NCBI GenBank assembly: GCA_030433295.1 | Contig: JAUIMJ010000002.1 | Span: forward strand, 1 to 52,611 | Length of the DNA: 52,611 nt | Direction of reading: 5' to 3' | Source of the DNA: a bacterium | Lineage (GTDB): Bacteria > Bdellovibrionota_C > UBA2361 > SZUA-149 | Position numbers and translations under genes: made by a program | In this document: positions 29,970 to 39,865 of the stretch, piece by piece | Position numbering within the stretch: position 1 is the stretch's first letter | Layout: every line of letters starts with the position of its first letter | The notes under the pieces: generated by a model | What the model was told of the DNA's origin: nothing | The model's database searches: none | Seen by the model: the letters and a program-made list of their open reading frames with translations, nothing else

Positions 29970-30614
29970 CTAGCCCTCATTAATCAACTTCGCCAGTTCA
30001 TCTCTCAACTCCGAAGCCTCCTCTTTGCAGAGAAACTCGCTCTCAAAAGAATCCTGCGTTTCCTCGACATACTCTTTTGCTTCGAGATTCCCCTCCCAGC
30101 GGTCGAAGATATCGTCCAGCTCACTTACGATTCCCAATTCCTCCTCCTTACCAAAGTGGATCACATCGCTGCGACTCTCTCGAGCTGCAAGTTCATTCTT
30201 CTTCCTGCGTAGAAGTTCAATCCGCTCATCGACTACTCGAAGGTCCTGTTCGAGCTGTCGCTCAAGCGTTCCGTGTTCCGCGATGTGCTGCTCCAGTCTC
30301 GTTATCTCGCGACGACACTGCTTTGCCCTGCGCACACACTCGAGCGCCTTGTCTTCGCTCTCTCCGTGAATGCTCTTTGCCCGCTCACGCCAGACTTCTT
30401 CCTGCGTCCTCAGTTCGCTCAGACGCTCTTTCATTCGCTTGCCGTCCTTACGCACGCGGTAAAGACGACGCTTGGCTTTGTTGCTACCGGCTCGCATCTC
30501 CTGCAATGCACTTTCAACGAGGGCTTCATGATTCTCCACCTGCCGCACCAGCCAATCAAAGTGTGATGCTACGGATACGGTCCATCGACGTAATGTATTC
30601 ATTGTGTTCTCCAT
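29970..30614 (-). CDS. pspA: PspA/IM30 family protein
   Basis: About 210-aa all-helical coiled coil with VENHEALVESALQEM, W-xx-RA and EDKALECVRR, plus an acidic C-terminal helix. The alternative start at 30602 has a GGAG RBS. Confidence 0.8.
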   Translation of the reverse strand: MENTMNTLRRWTVSVASHFDWLVRQVENHEALVESALQEMRAGSNKAKRRLYRVRKDGKRMKERLSELRTQEEVWRERAKSIHGESEDKALECVRRAKQCRREITRLEQHIAEHGTLERQLEQDLRVVDERIELLRRKKNELAARESRSDVIHFGKEEELGIVSELDDIFDRWEGNLEAKEYVEETQDSFESEFLCKEEASELRDELAKLINEG

Positions 30615-30638
30615 CTATTCTGATAAAGCATCCAGAGC

Positions 30639-30703
30639 TGAACTCCGGCTCTGTTACAAGAATACGCGGAGCCGCGCTCAATTTGAACGTAGCTCTTGTT
30701 ACA
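30639..30703. promoter_or_regulatory. Duplicated 20-bp motif TGAAC-N8-TGTTACA upstream of pspA
   Basis: tgaactccggctctgttaca (30639-30658) and tgaacgtagctcttgttaca (30684-30703); a further TGTTACA at 30815-30821. Confidence 0.5.
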
Positions 30704-31046
30704 GTGTTTAGTGCGAGGGCGGAGAGAAGACGAACATTCGTTTTAGTGCGTCATTTACTGGAATTACTGGAGTTTTACAGCGACTATTAGAGATGGTCCG
30801 CTATTTACGGCATTTGTTACACTGTAAATACAATGACAATACTGTACTCTGTCATCTGTCGCATCACTTGGACAGGAAGATGCACTGGAAGCAGATTTGC
30901 CGGAGTTAGTATTGAGAGGAGGCTCAGCTTAGCTGCGCTTTTTGACATGCATGTAAGGCCGAGTACAAAACAAAAGGCCTCTCAAAGAATGAGAAGCCTT
31001 CGATTCGTTTAAGTGCTTGTCGCACAATGAAATAAGCGAAAAACGC

Positions 31047-31343
31047 TTAATAGCGGTCATTCGAGAAGATGTTTGCCATCTCCTTTCCAGCAGTAATCTG
31101 ACTATAGGTCGAAATAGTATCTTCTCCGACATAGCCAACCCGTCTGGTTGGAACGCACTCACGATATACGTAGCGCCCCAGGATAAGTATACCCAGCGAT
31201 AACGCTATAATACTCGGTATCACACTCTCAAAATATGCCGCACAAACAACAACCGCCCCAATACCGATTCCCACTGCCACCAATGGGGTAGCAAATTCAA
31301 CAAAATCGGATCCACGTCCAGCCTCACCAGCTTCCATCACCAC
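31047..31343 (-). CDS. Small hypothetical membrane protein (2 TM)
   Basis: 98 aa with two hydrophobic helices and a GAGG RBS. Confidence 0.55.
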   Translation of the reverse strand: MVMEAGEAGRGSDFVEFATPLVAVGIGIGAVVVCAAYFESVIPSIIALSLGILILGRYVYRECVPTRRVGYVGEDTISTYSQITAGKEMANIFSNDRY

Positions 31344-31529
31344 TTCCTCTCAACACCTTCAACAACAACAAACCAACACAACAGAGCTTTTTAGGAGTAT
31401 CCGAAACCCGTGTTTCGCGCCTACTCAGAGCCCTTACACCCCCATATCCGCCCCACAGAAGGAAATACTTCACTTTTCTATGGAAATTCAGTAGTTATAG
31501 GCACTTAACCGCAAAGAAGGAGCTGCATC

Positions 31530-32294
31530 TTGGCAGATTTGCAGGCAAGGCCTCATCTATTGTTCATCCACGGATTCCTGGGCTCCGGCGATGACTGGAA
31601 TACGTTTCGGGATGCCCTGTCCGGCGAGTACCACAGTAGTTCGATTGACCTGGACCAATGGTCGCCCTGCGAAGAATACTCCCTCGAGTTTATCGCCGAG
31701 CAAATCGCTCAGTCCCTTGATGAAGATGCCGGTGGAACCATAGTAATCGGCTACTCCATGGGAGCAAGAGTTGCGCTAAGCCTCGCATTGCGTAACCCCG
31801 AGCTGCTGCGTGCGCTAATACTCGAAAGTCCCTCAGCCGGTATAGCCGAGGAAAGCGAACGCCAGCAGCGAGCTGAAAAAGATGCCAGGCTTGCGGCAAT
31901 GATACGAGAAGAAGGTATGGAGAGCTTTCTGGAGCGATGGTACTCCATCCCCCTTTTTGAATCCCTTCGAAGAAAACCGCTAAAACTTGCAGCTCTCAAA
32001 GAGAAAATCCTGCTCCGACAACAGCAGGAGCAGGCAGCATACATGCTCGAGAAGCTATCACCGGGACGGGCACCGAACTACTGGCCGGAACTTTTTAAAC
32101 TACAGCTTCCAACACTCCTCATCGCCGGCGAGCTCGATACTAAGTTCTCAGATTCGGCCAGAGAGATGGCCGAGGTGCTGCCTCAGGCTACTCTGAAGAT
32201 CATTAAGGACACCGGGCACAACATACATCTTGAGAAACCAGAGGTTTTTCTGGAAACGATTAGGCAGTTTCTCGCCAAGCAAAATATGGGCTAG
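31530..32294 (+). CDS. menH: MenH-like alpha/beta hydrolase (SHCHC synthase)
   Basis: FIHGFLG, GYSMGAR, LES, ERQQRAEKD...FLERWY..PLF, GELDTKF and GHNIHLEKP motifs; AGGAG RBS. No other men genes nearby. Confidence 0.75.
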   Translation: MADLQARPHLLFIHGFLGSGDDWNTFRDALSGEYHSSSIDLDQWSPCEEYSLEFIAEQIAQSLDEDAGGTIVIGYSMGARVALSLALRNPELLRALILESPSAGIAEESERQQRAEKDARLAAMIREEGMESFLERWYSIPLFESLRRKPLKLAALKEKILLRQQQEQAAYMLEKLSPGRAPNYWPELFKLQLPTLLIAGELDTKFSDSAREMAEVLPQATLKIIKDTGHNIHLEKPEVFLETIRQFLAKQNMG

Positions 32295-32301
32295 CAGGAA
32301 G

Positions 32302-33114
32302 CTAAACCGCGCCCAAACTGCGCTTTCGCGCCTCAAGGATCAATTCATAGGCCTCCTGTACCGCTCTGAACTCTGCGTTTGAGCGAGAAAGCATCTGATT
32401 GCTTACCCCGTGTGCCTGAAGGATATCCGGATGAAGCGTCTTTACGAGTTCGCGATACCGCTTCTTACAAGTTGCAGTGCTATCTGAGACCAGACAGCCG
32501 AGAACCCTGTAGGCCTCCTCCAGTTTTTTCGCTGCGCTCTGCCCCCGGTCACCACTGTTCGAAACATACTGTTTTTTTAAACTGAGGTATTCTTCCCGAG
32601 AGAGGCCGAAAATTGTTGCGGCAGAGAGAACGAGCTTCTCCTCTTCTGACGAGAATTCCTTGTCTGCAAACGAGAGGATTAGAAACAAGCAGATCGCATT
32701 CTCCATCATCACGGGATTGCCACAAAACAACTCTCGATAATGTCGGGCATAGTATTCGAAGGGAACACTGGAGCTTCTTGCAAGTTTAAAAGTCTGCAAG
32801 GCCAGATTCTTTTGTTGCTCGCTGAGACTCAGCTTTTCGTCAATAAAGGAAGAAATTAGAGCCATCTCACTCCGGGCAACTCTTCCATCTGCAGCTGCCA
32901 CCTTTGCCAGCATGGAGAAAATCGCAATGAAGAAAACAGACTGCCGCTTGCTTGAGCCCAGAAATGGTCGACGGCTCGTGCACCATGGGTGCCAGAAGGC
33001 TCGCGCTCGGCTACGTAGTTCCAATGCTTTCACAACAGCCAGCCGCAGACGATTGAAGGAGCCCTGAAACAATACGCCTCGTTCACTGCGAAGTAATTGC
33101 TCATACCAGGACAT
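32302..33114 (-). CDS. DjlA-like co-chaperone (TerB-like plus J domain)
   Basis: MLAKVAAADGRVARSE TerB motif; C-terminal AYRVLG...YRELVKTLHPD...AY J-domain; AGGAGG RBS before ATG 33114. Confidence 0.85.
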   Translation of the reverse strand: MSWYEQLLRSERGVLFQGSFNRLRLAVVKALELRSRARAFWHPWCTSRRPFLGSSKRQSVFFIAIFSMLAKVAAADGRVARSEMALISSFIDEKLSLSEQQKNLALQTFKLARSSSVPFEYYARHYRELFCGNPVMMENAICLFLILSFADKEFSSEEEKLVLSAATIFGLSREEYLSLKKQYVSNSGDRGQSAAKKLEEAYRVLGCLVSDSTATCKKRYRELVKTLHPDILQAHGVSNQMLSRSNAEFRAVQEAYELILEARKRSLGAV

Positions 33115-33411
33115 CGTTCCCCTCCTAAATCCTCTCCTTAGACCCAAGGCCATCGAGACATGCGAAGACCCTGCATGAATAACCAAAAACCTACTATTTA
33201 GACGGAGATTCTTGAGAAATCCTTGAAAATGGCTAATATTCCTGCAGTCTTTTCGCTGCTAGCCGACTCTAAACAGGTAACAAGCGAAGACAGGACGCGA
33301 CTACCCTTTGGGTATCGGGATTTTCCCCTCGTTTGAGAGAAAATCCGGAAACCCCGGGCCCTGCTATTTTTGACTGTCGCTCCGGGACACATCTCGTAGA
33401 GGGAGGAAACC

Positions 33412-34506
33412 TTGATTAAGATCATAAATATCGTCGGTGCCAGACCAAACTTCATGAAAATCGCACCGATCATCCATGCCATTGAGAAAGAGGATGGCAT
33501 GTCTCAGTGCCTTGTCCACACCGGACAGCATTACGATGAAAAACTATCCAAGGTATTTTTTGATGAGCTCGGTATCCCTCGTGCGGATATCAACCTCGGC
33601 GTTGGTTCTGCCCCCAGAGAGGAGCAGATTGAGGAGATCATGGAGCGCTTTGAGCCTGTTCTTCTCGAGCAGAAGCCCCAGCTCGTTCTGGTCGTGGGTG
33701 ATGTGAATTCAACTATTGCCTGCGCTCGCGTCGCAAAAAAACACGGAGTGAAGGTTGCTCACGTGGAAGCAGGTCTTCGCAGTTTTGATATGGATATGCC
33801 GGAAGAGCACAACCGTATTGAGACTGACCAGATTTCTGACTACCTCTTTATTACCGAGCAATCCGGTATAGACAATCTTGAGAAGGAAGACATTCCGGGT
33901 AAGGCTGTCCTTATCGGCAATGTCATGATTGATACGCTGATTTCAAATCTCAAGCAGGCCGAGTCCTCAGATGTTCTCGAGCGACTCTCTCTTACTCCGG
34001 CGTCCTACTTTGCATCCACCTTTCACCGACCAAGTAACGTCGACGCAAAGGAAGATCTCAGCAAACTGGTCGGAACAATTGAGCAGCTCTGCAAGAAATT
34101 GCCGCTCGTCCTTCCCCTCCATCCACGTACGGAGGCATCCTTGAAAAGACACGGTCTGGATGAACAGTTTCGCTCAATAGAAAACCTGATACTTTGTGAG
34201 CCGCTTGGCTATCTGGACTTTCTTGCACTTATCCGTAACGCAAGAGCAGTCATCACCGATTCGGGCGGAATCCAGGAAGAGACTACCTATCTACAGGTTC
34301 CCTGCATCACCATGCGAGAAAATACTGAACGACCGGTAACGCTCACCGTAGGCACAAACGCGCTGGTCGGGAGTGACCGAACACTGCTTTTCGCCGAGGT
34401 AGAAAAAGTACTTTCGAGCAGTGAGACCAAGGGGAGTATCCCGGAATACTGGGACGGGAAAACGGCTGAACGAATTATTGCGTACCTGAAAGATGAGCTC
34501 TCCTGA
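33412..34506 (+). CDS. wecB: UDP-N-acetylglucosamine 2-epimerase (non-hydrolysing)
   Basis: VGARPNFMK, HTGQHYD, HVEAGLRS and TDSGGIQEE...RENTERP motifs; GGAGG RBS. Confidence 0.95.
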   Translation: MIKIINIVGARPNFMKIAPIIHAIEKEDGMSQCLVHTGQHYDEKLSKVFFDELGIPRADINLGVGSAPREEQIEEIMERFEPVLLEQKPQLVLVVGDVNSTIACARVAKKHGVKVAHVEAGLRSFDMDMPEEHNRIETDQISDYLFITEQSGIDNLEKEDIPGKAVLIGNVMIDTLISNLKQAESSDVLERLSLTPASYFASTFHRPSNVDAKEDLSKLVGTIEQLCKKLPLVLPLHPRTEASLKRHGLDEQFRSIENLILCEPLGYLDFLALIRNARAVITDSGGIQEETTYLQVPCITMRENTERPVTLTVGTNALVGSDRTLLFAEVEKVLSSSETKGSIPEYWDGKTAERIIAYLKDELS

Positions 34507-35749
34507 GAGAGATGAACCCTCTCGGGTTCTCATGCTTTGCTATTTTTTTCCTCCGATACTCACGACAGGGGCAACGAGAAGTATTGCCTTCGGGCGGCAC
34601 TTACCCGCGTTCGGATGGACTCCCCAGATATTGACGGTTAGAGACCATAAAGATCCCTGGGTGAAAACAGGTGCTCCTGTTCCCGAAGACATCGAAATAA
34701 TCAGGACACCCGAGTGGAACCTGAATGCACTGATATCGATTCTGAACGGGGCAATCAGCAAAGCCTGCTCCCTCTTCGGGCATGACCTCAAACGCGACTA
34801 TCCGCGTGAAATTCTCTGCCTGCCGGACTCTCAGATGGCCTGGCTCTCTACCTGGTATGGCCTATCAGCCGCAAAAAACAGTGATTGTATCTATGCAACC
34901 TGCTCACCATTTAGCTCTGCAATCAGCGGCACCTGGCTAAAAAAACTTACCGGCAAACCACTGGTTCTGGATTTTCGCGATCCCTGGACTCTTAATCCGC
35001 ACACCTCGCCTATCTGGTTTCATAAACAGGGAACCGAGATACTTGAGCGCCTGGTGATCAGGAACTGTGACAGGCTGATACTCAACACACCGGGCGCCGA
35101 ACGACTCTATCGAGAAAAGTATCCTCAGTATCAAGACAAGTTCCTCGCTATTCCCAACGGCTATGACGAGCTTCAGCTAGTTGAAGCGAAGCAAGGCGAG
35201 ACGAAAGATGCACCGCTTAAGATAATGCACGTGGGTAACTTTTACGGAGCGCGTAACCCCGACAATCTCCTCGAAGCGCTGACGCGCCTTGAGCGCTCAG
35301 ACATTGAGTTTGTCCAGGTTGGCGGGACCTTTCCATCATATGAACACTACAAATCAAGACTCTCGATTACGGTTACCGGAATGGTCTCACGCGAAGAAGC
35401 CCTAAAGCAGATGAATACTGCTTCCCTTCTCTTTCTTAAACAAGGGTTTGAGGAGGGCGTGGATGATTATGTTGCCGTTGCGGCAAAGACCTATGAGTAC
35501 CTCGCCTGCGGCCTGCCTGTAATAGCGGACTGCCCGGAAGGTGACAACGCGGATATCATCAGGGAATACGGCTCCGGTAGTCACGTCGTATGTGATAACC
35601 AGATTGATAGTGTGGAACAGGCAGTGCGTAAGGCACTGGAAGAAGAGGGATGGAAACGGCCTGCTATAAAGGAAAGCTTCAAGCAGGCCTTCGATCGAAA
35701 AAATCTCAGCAAACTCCTGGCTGAGACGCTCAGTGCAGCCTGTCAGTAA
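34493..35749 (+). CDS. GT4 family glycosyltransferase
   Basis: YFFPP, LDFRDPW, IPNGYD and KTYEYLACGLPV motifs; overlaps the end of wecB. Confidence 0.9.
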   Translation: MSSPERDEPSRVLMLCYFFPPILTTGATRSIAFGRHLPAFGWTPQILTVRDHKDPWVKTGAPVPEDIEIIRTPEWNLNALISILNGAISKACSLFGHDLKRDYPREILCLPDSQMAWLSTWYGLSAAKNSDCIYATCSPFSSAISGTWLKKLTGKPLVLDFRDPWTLNPHTSPIWFHKQGTEILERLVIRNCDRLILNTPGAERLYREKYPQYQDKFLAIPNGYDELQLVEAKQGETKDAPLKIMHVGNFYGARNPDNLLEALTRLERSDIEFVQVGGTFPSYEHYKSRLSITVTGMVSREEALKQMNTASLLFLKQGFEEGVDDYVAVAAKTYEYLACGLPVIADCPEGDNADIIREYGSGSHVVCDNQIDSVEQAVRKALEEEGWKRPAIKESFKQAFDRKNLSKLLAETLSAACQ

Positions 35750-35770
35750 GTCCCACTTAGAAGATTCGAC

Positions 35771-37912
35771 TTACTTCTGTTGTAATGACCAGGAGGGATC
35801 CCAGTTCTCGGGAGAAAAGTCCTCCCTCAGCTCTTCTTCGATTCTCGCCACATACGCTCGTGCGACGGGATCTTCCCTCAGCTCAGTAAATACAGAACGT
35901 GCTGCGCTGAGATCACCCCGATCAAAGTAGTCGAGTCCCTGCTCGTATCGACTGAGAGCATCTCCTGTAAATACAATTTGCGAGTCATCATACTTTGGTT
36001 CATACACCCGAACCGCCTGCTCCCTGCCAATCACTCGAATATCGGCAACACGCCGATACGGGAAATCAGAGGCAAGCTGTTTGCGGCAACTCTCTGAGAA
36101 GAGCAAATAGGTACCAAAATGTTTATTGGCGCCTTCTATTCTCGACGCAAGGTTAGCGCCATCACCTATTACAGTGTAGTCAAAACGCGACTTCGATCCA
36201 AAATTTCCTACGCTGACCTCCGCTGTATTGATACCGATACGCGTCGCAGGAAAAACACCGTAGGCACTTTCAAAGCGTTCCTTGTTAGCAAGCAAAACCT
36301 GCTGACAGGCGATCGCAGCTTCGAGTGAAAGGGCCGCATGTCGAGCGTTGTGAAGCGGAGCATTCCAGAACGCGACAACAGCATCACCAACGTACTTATC
36401 TACCGTACCACCTCGCTCCTGAATCAAGTCCGTCATCAGCGTAAGATACTCGTTGAGCAGAGCTACGAGTTGCGCAGGATCCAGCTTCTCGGACGCTGAC
36501 GTAAAGCCTGCAATGTCACTGAAGAAAATGCTCACTTCGCGCTTTTCTCCTCCAAGTGAAAGAGCCGCGGGAGATTCCGCTATCTGCTTTACGAGCTCCG
36601 GACTTACGTAATGCTGAAATGCACCTCGAATAAAACGATGACGTCGTCCTTCAAGCTGATACTGCAAATAAAAGCAAAGCATGGCGGTCATAATTGCCGA
36701 ACTGAGGGGCAGGACCAGAGGCACCCAGTATCCTTTTGAAGCACCGGCGACAGTAAACAGAAGAAAACCGGCCCAGAAGGCAATGAGCCAAAAGAAATGG
36801 AGTTTTCGCTGGCTACCTGCAAGCGTTGACCAGGCTGACAACACGATCAACAGTCCGGCGATGAGCACGGTCTCCGAGGAGCCAAGCTTACGGATAAAGT
36901 CTTTATTCAGGGCGTTGTCGAGCACTGCGGCTATGTATTGAACGCCCTGACCGCGACGCTCAAGCGATGTTGGTCTTAAATCAAGCAGGCCGGGAGCGCT
37001 GGTTCCAATAAATACCCATGCGTCTTTGAAAATACTCTGGTCTACCCGTGGTTCTTTACCGTCCTCGATGTCGGCCTGCGCCTGAACAATGCTTGCAAAG
37101 GAAATCCTCTCGTAGGCATGGCTGCCGCCATGAAGCCGAACGCTCAACCGACCTTCTTTATCGAGAAAATCAGAGAGGTGTTCAACACGAAGCCCCCCGG
37201 CTTCTAAAAGAGCGAATGGCATAGACAGCACGAGATAATCATCGAGATAGCTCACCGGCTTATAATGTCGATACACACCATCAGAGTCCGGCTCTGACTG
37301 CACAGCACCAAAGGCAGCACTATGCTCGAGCAATTCAGGGATAGGCAAGGTGGCGTAAGAAAAGCGTGGCGTATCGACCGTGCTCGGATAACGAGATTCT
37401 ATATTTCCGCTAGCGCTGAACTCACGCTGCCTTTTTGCGAACAGCTTCTTCTTCTCCGGTCGGCTATACGAAGAATAGCTATTGAGACTGACTGCGGAGA
37501 CGACCGGTAGTTTGCCCCCTGCCGCTTTTGCAAACTGCGCATCCCCATCGACGGACTGGGCTGAGGACTCCGCAAAAAGAATATCAAAGGCAAGTGCCCG
37601 GGCACCAGCTCGGGTAAGAAACTCAATTGCATAGGTGTAGGTTTCGCGCGGAAGCGGCCAGGTGAGGCCATACTCCTTATCAAAAAAATCAAGTGATGCC
37701 TGATCGATTTCAATTATCTTGATTCGCGCATCCGCCCGTCGAGCCTCGGAGGTCAGAGAGACACGCCAATCCCAGGTTCTGCTTTCAATTTCTTCGATCA
37801 GCGTCCATCGGCTCTGTGTTGCCAGAAAGACAAAAAGGAGCGCAAGCGCAATAATACAGACGCCACCATTTCCCTTAGTAACTTTTCCGCGCAGTGATTG
37901 AAAGGCAGCCAC
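35771..37912 (-). CDS. CHASE2-domain class III adenylate cyclase
   Basis: N-terminal TM; CHASE2 motifs (IIEIDQASL, WPLPR, AFDILF, DSDGVYR, FIGTSAPGLLD..PT); three TM; catalytic FSDIAGFT, DKYVGD, FDYTVIGDGANLASRIEG. Confidence 0.95.
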   Translation of the reverse strand: MAAFQSLRGKVTKGNGGVCIIALALLFVFLATQSRWTLIEEIESRTWDWRVSLTSEARRADARIKIIEIDQASLDFFDKEYGLTWPLPRETYTYAIEFLTRAGARALAFDILFAESSAQSVDGDAQFAKAAGGKLPVVSAVSLNSYSSYSRPEKKKLFAKRQREFSASGNIESRYPSTVDTPRFSYATLPIPELLEHSAAFGAVQSEPDSDGVYRHYKPVSYLDDYLVLSMPFALLEAGGLRVEHLSDFLDKEGRLSVRLHGGSHAYERISFASIVQAQADIEDGKEPRVDQSIFKDAWVFIGTSAPGLLDLRPTSLERRGQGVQYIAAVLDNALNKDFIRKLGSSETVLIAGLLIVLSAWSTLAGSQRKLHFFWLIAFWAGFLLFTVAGASKGYWVPLVLPLSSAIMTAMLCFYLQYQLEGRRHRFIRGAFQHYVSPELVKQIAESPAALSLGGEKREVSIFFSDIAGFTSASEKLDPAQLVALLNEYLTLMTDLIQERGGTVDKYVGDAVVAFWNAPLHNARHAALSLEAAIACQQVLLANKERFESAYGVFPATRIGINTAEVSVGNFGSKSRFDYTVIGDGANLASRIEGANKHFGTYLLFSESCRKQLASDFPYRRVADIRVIGREQAVRVYEPKYDDSQIVFTGDALSRYEQGLDYFDRGDLSAARSVFTELREDPVARAYVARIEEELREDFSPENWDPSWSLQQK

Positions 37913-37917
37913 GATTA

Positions 37918-38823
37918 TCAGCTAAGCGATCTAAGGGCCCGGGCGAAGCGCCTGCTACGAGCCGCACTTGAAACGAACTCAGTGTCGGTTTTTACCTCAA
38001 GCTCCGCAATGCGATCCTGTGCTGAGGGATGCGTGGAGTGCCATCCTCCGCTGGACGCATCAGCGTCTACCCGTCTAAGCATTGTAGCCAGGCCACGCAC
38101 ATCATAGCCGGCACGGGCGAGCAACACTGCGGCATAGGAGTCAGCCTCGTACTCCTGAGAACGGCTATAGCCATTCGACAAGATCGTAGACGCGATATCG
38201 GACACGCTGTCTCCAAACGTGGTGGTCACCTTTCCGACCAGAGCACCGCCCTGCTGTCGCGCAGTATCCTGCCCGAGACGAAGCAGGGCTTTAGAAAGAT
38301 TCGCTTCAGAAATGGCCGCCATGCCATGCCCTTTCACCACATGAGCAACTTCGTGCGCCAGTACCGCGGCAAGGGCTTCTTCATTAGGAATGACTCTAAG
38401 AAAGCCCGTAGTTACGAAGATGAAACCACCGGGTGCCGAAATCGCATTGACTTCAGGGCTATCGAGAATCTGAACAGAGTATCCGCCAAAGGTTTCAGGC
38501 CTGTCAGACACCGCAGCAAGAACTGCTGCTATCTTATTCACGTACGTGTTTGCCGCAGCCCCGCGATAGGGTCGATAACGCGAGAGTATGGTCGCTGCAA
38601 CCCCCCGACCGAGGTAATACTCCTCTTCGTCAGTTATATCCTGGGCGCTCTCAGCAACACTCCCGCCAAAGCGCATTATAGAGTTTGCCTGGGCCCCGGA
38701 CACCAGACCGGTTTGTCGCAATAAAGAGGAACCCAGAGACTGAAACTTCTTATCAGCACATGCGGCACAAACAAAAACACAAACAACTGCAACTACTGCC
38801 TTAGAAACGACGTATCTCATCAA
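37918..38823 (-). CDS. M48 family metallopeptidase, probable lipoprotein
   Basis: Lipobox-like CAAC; VNAISAPGG, LAAVLAHEVAH, YSRSQEYEAD and THPS motifs. Confidence 0.92.
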   Translation of the reverse strand: MMRYVVSKAVVAVVCVFVCAACADKKFQSLGSSLLRQTGLVSGAQANSIMRFGGSVAESAQDITDEEEYYLGRGVAATILSRYRPYRGAAANTYVNKIAAVLAAVSDRPETFGGYSVQILDSPEVNAISAPGGFIFVTTGFLRVIPNEEALAAVLAHEVAHVVKGHGMAAISEANLSKALLRLGQDTARQQGGALVGKVTTTFGDSVSDIASTILSNGYSRSQEYEADSYAAVLLARAGYDVRGLATMLRRVDADASSGGWHSTHPSAQDRIAELEVKTDTEFVSSAARSRRFARALRSLS

Positions 38824-38840
38824 CCCTGATTGACCTCTAC

Positions 38841-39386
38841 TTAAGGAGTAACTCCGGCGAGCCTTCCCTCTTTAGCAAACTGCAGAAGTGCGGCACTGGA
38901 AACGGACTGTTTCTCCATGGCATCCACTGCTTTAAAATTCAGACTGCGGTTTCTGGAAGCATATGCCCGCTCCACCGCTTTGTTAAAGCCCTTGCCCGCA
39001 AGTATCACCGTACTGTCACCGCCACCTTTGTTATCAAAGGCAGCACCGGAATCGAGCACAACCCGGCGCTCAGTTACCGCAGAGGCATGAACGAATCCCG
39101 ACTTGCCGGAGAACGTGCGCACGGCAAGCCAGCTTCCGTCCTGTCGCTCCAGGTCGAGACGATCACCATGACGAACCTGTGCTATCACCGGGGCAATAAA
39201 GCGGGCTTTACTCAAGAGCTTCGCTTCCCGAACCTTAACGTAGACCGCTCCGTTACTTGCAGCGGCGATCGAGGCGGCGAAAAGCCACAACAGCACTATC
39301 GCAAGGCTTGGTAAAACGATGCGCAAACAAAATCGCGATACATCGCGCATATGAATTGAATGAAAAATCTTCGCTGAACTGCTCAT
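38841..39386 (-). CDS. Exported SH3b-like domain protein
   Basis: Signal peptide; G-x-W-L-x-V-xxxx-G-x-x-G-F-V-H SH3_3-like pattern; C-terminal LAGKGFN..VE and F..EGRL segments. Confidence 0.75.
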   Translation of the reverse strand: MSSSAKIFHSIHMRDVSRFCLRIVLPSLAIVLLWLFAASIAAASNGAVYVKVREAKLLSKARFIAPVIAQVRHGDRLDLERQDGSWLAVRTFSGKSGFVHASAVTERRVVLDSGAAFDNKGGGDSTVILAGKGFNKAVERAYASRNRSLNFKAVDAMEKQSVSSAALLQFAKEGRLAGVTP

Positions 39387-39865
39387 TGTTCGCTTCGCCT
39401 CTCAAAAGGTAGTATCTGGCTAACCCCATCGCAGCATCGACATCCAGATCACTGAGACTAACACAAAACACTTTCCCCCGGGCATCGGATTGCGCAAAAT
39501 CACGAGAAAAATAATTTAGTGATAGCAGGTACTTAGAATGCCGATGTACACTAAACGTACTGGTGCGCGCGACTCCCTTGAATTACCCACCTACAGACCG
39601 TATTATTACCAGTGAAGAGTTTTCCAAGGTTTTTTAGCTGATGGATTGTTTCCGACATATCCTTCCTCAGAATCAGGACGGACGTCGATACGGCTGCGGT
39701 TTTTTAAAGGTACTTTTTCAACTCCCTCGAAACCCCTCCCGATAACGATCTATCCCGAATGTTTTTCTCACTACTAGTGCTACTCAGTTCTGCACGTAAT
39801 ATTCTCTGCCTTCTTCGTACGGCAGGCGGATATTCAATACGTAGAACCTAGTAGTATGTAGCTCT

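Noticed and set aside
31350-31385. CAA-rich low-complexity tract
   Set aside because: Short and irregular, with no supportable function.
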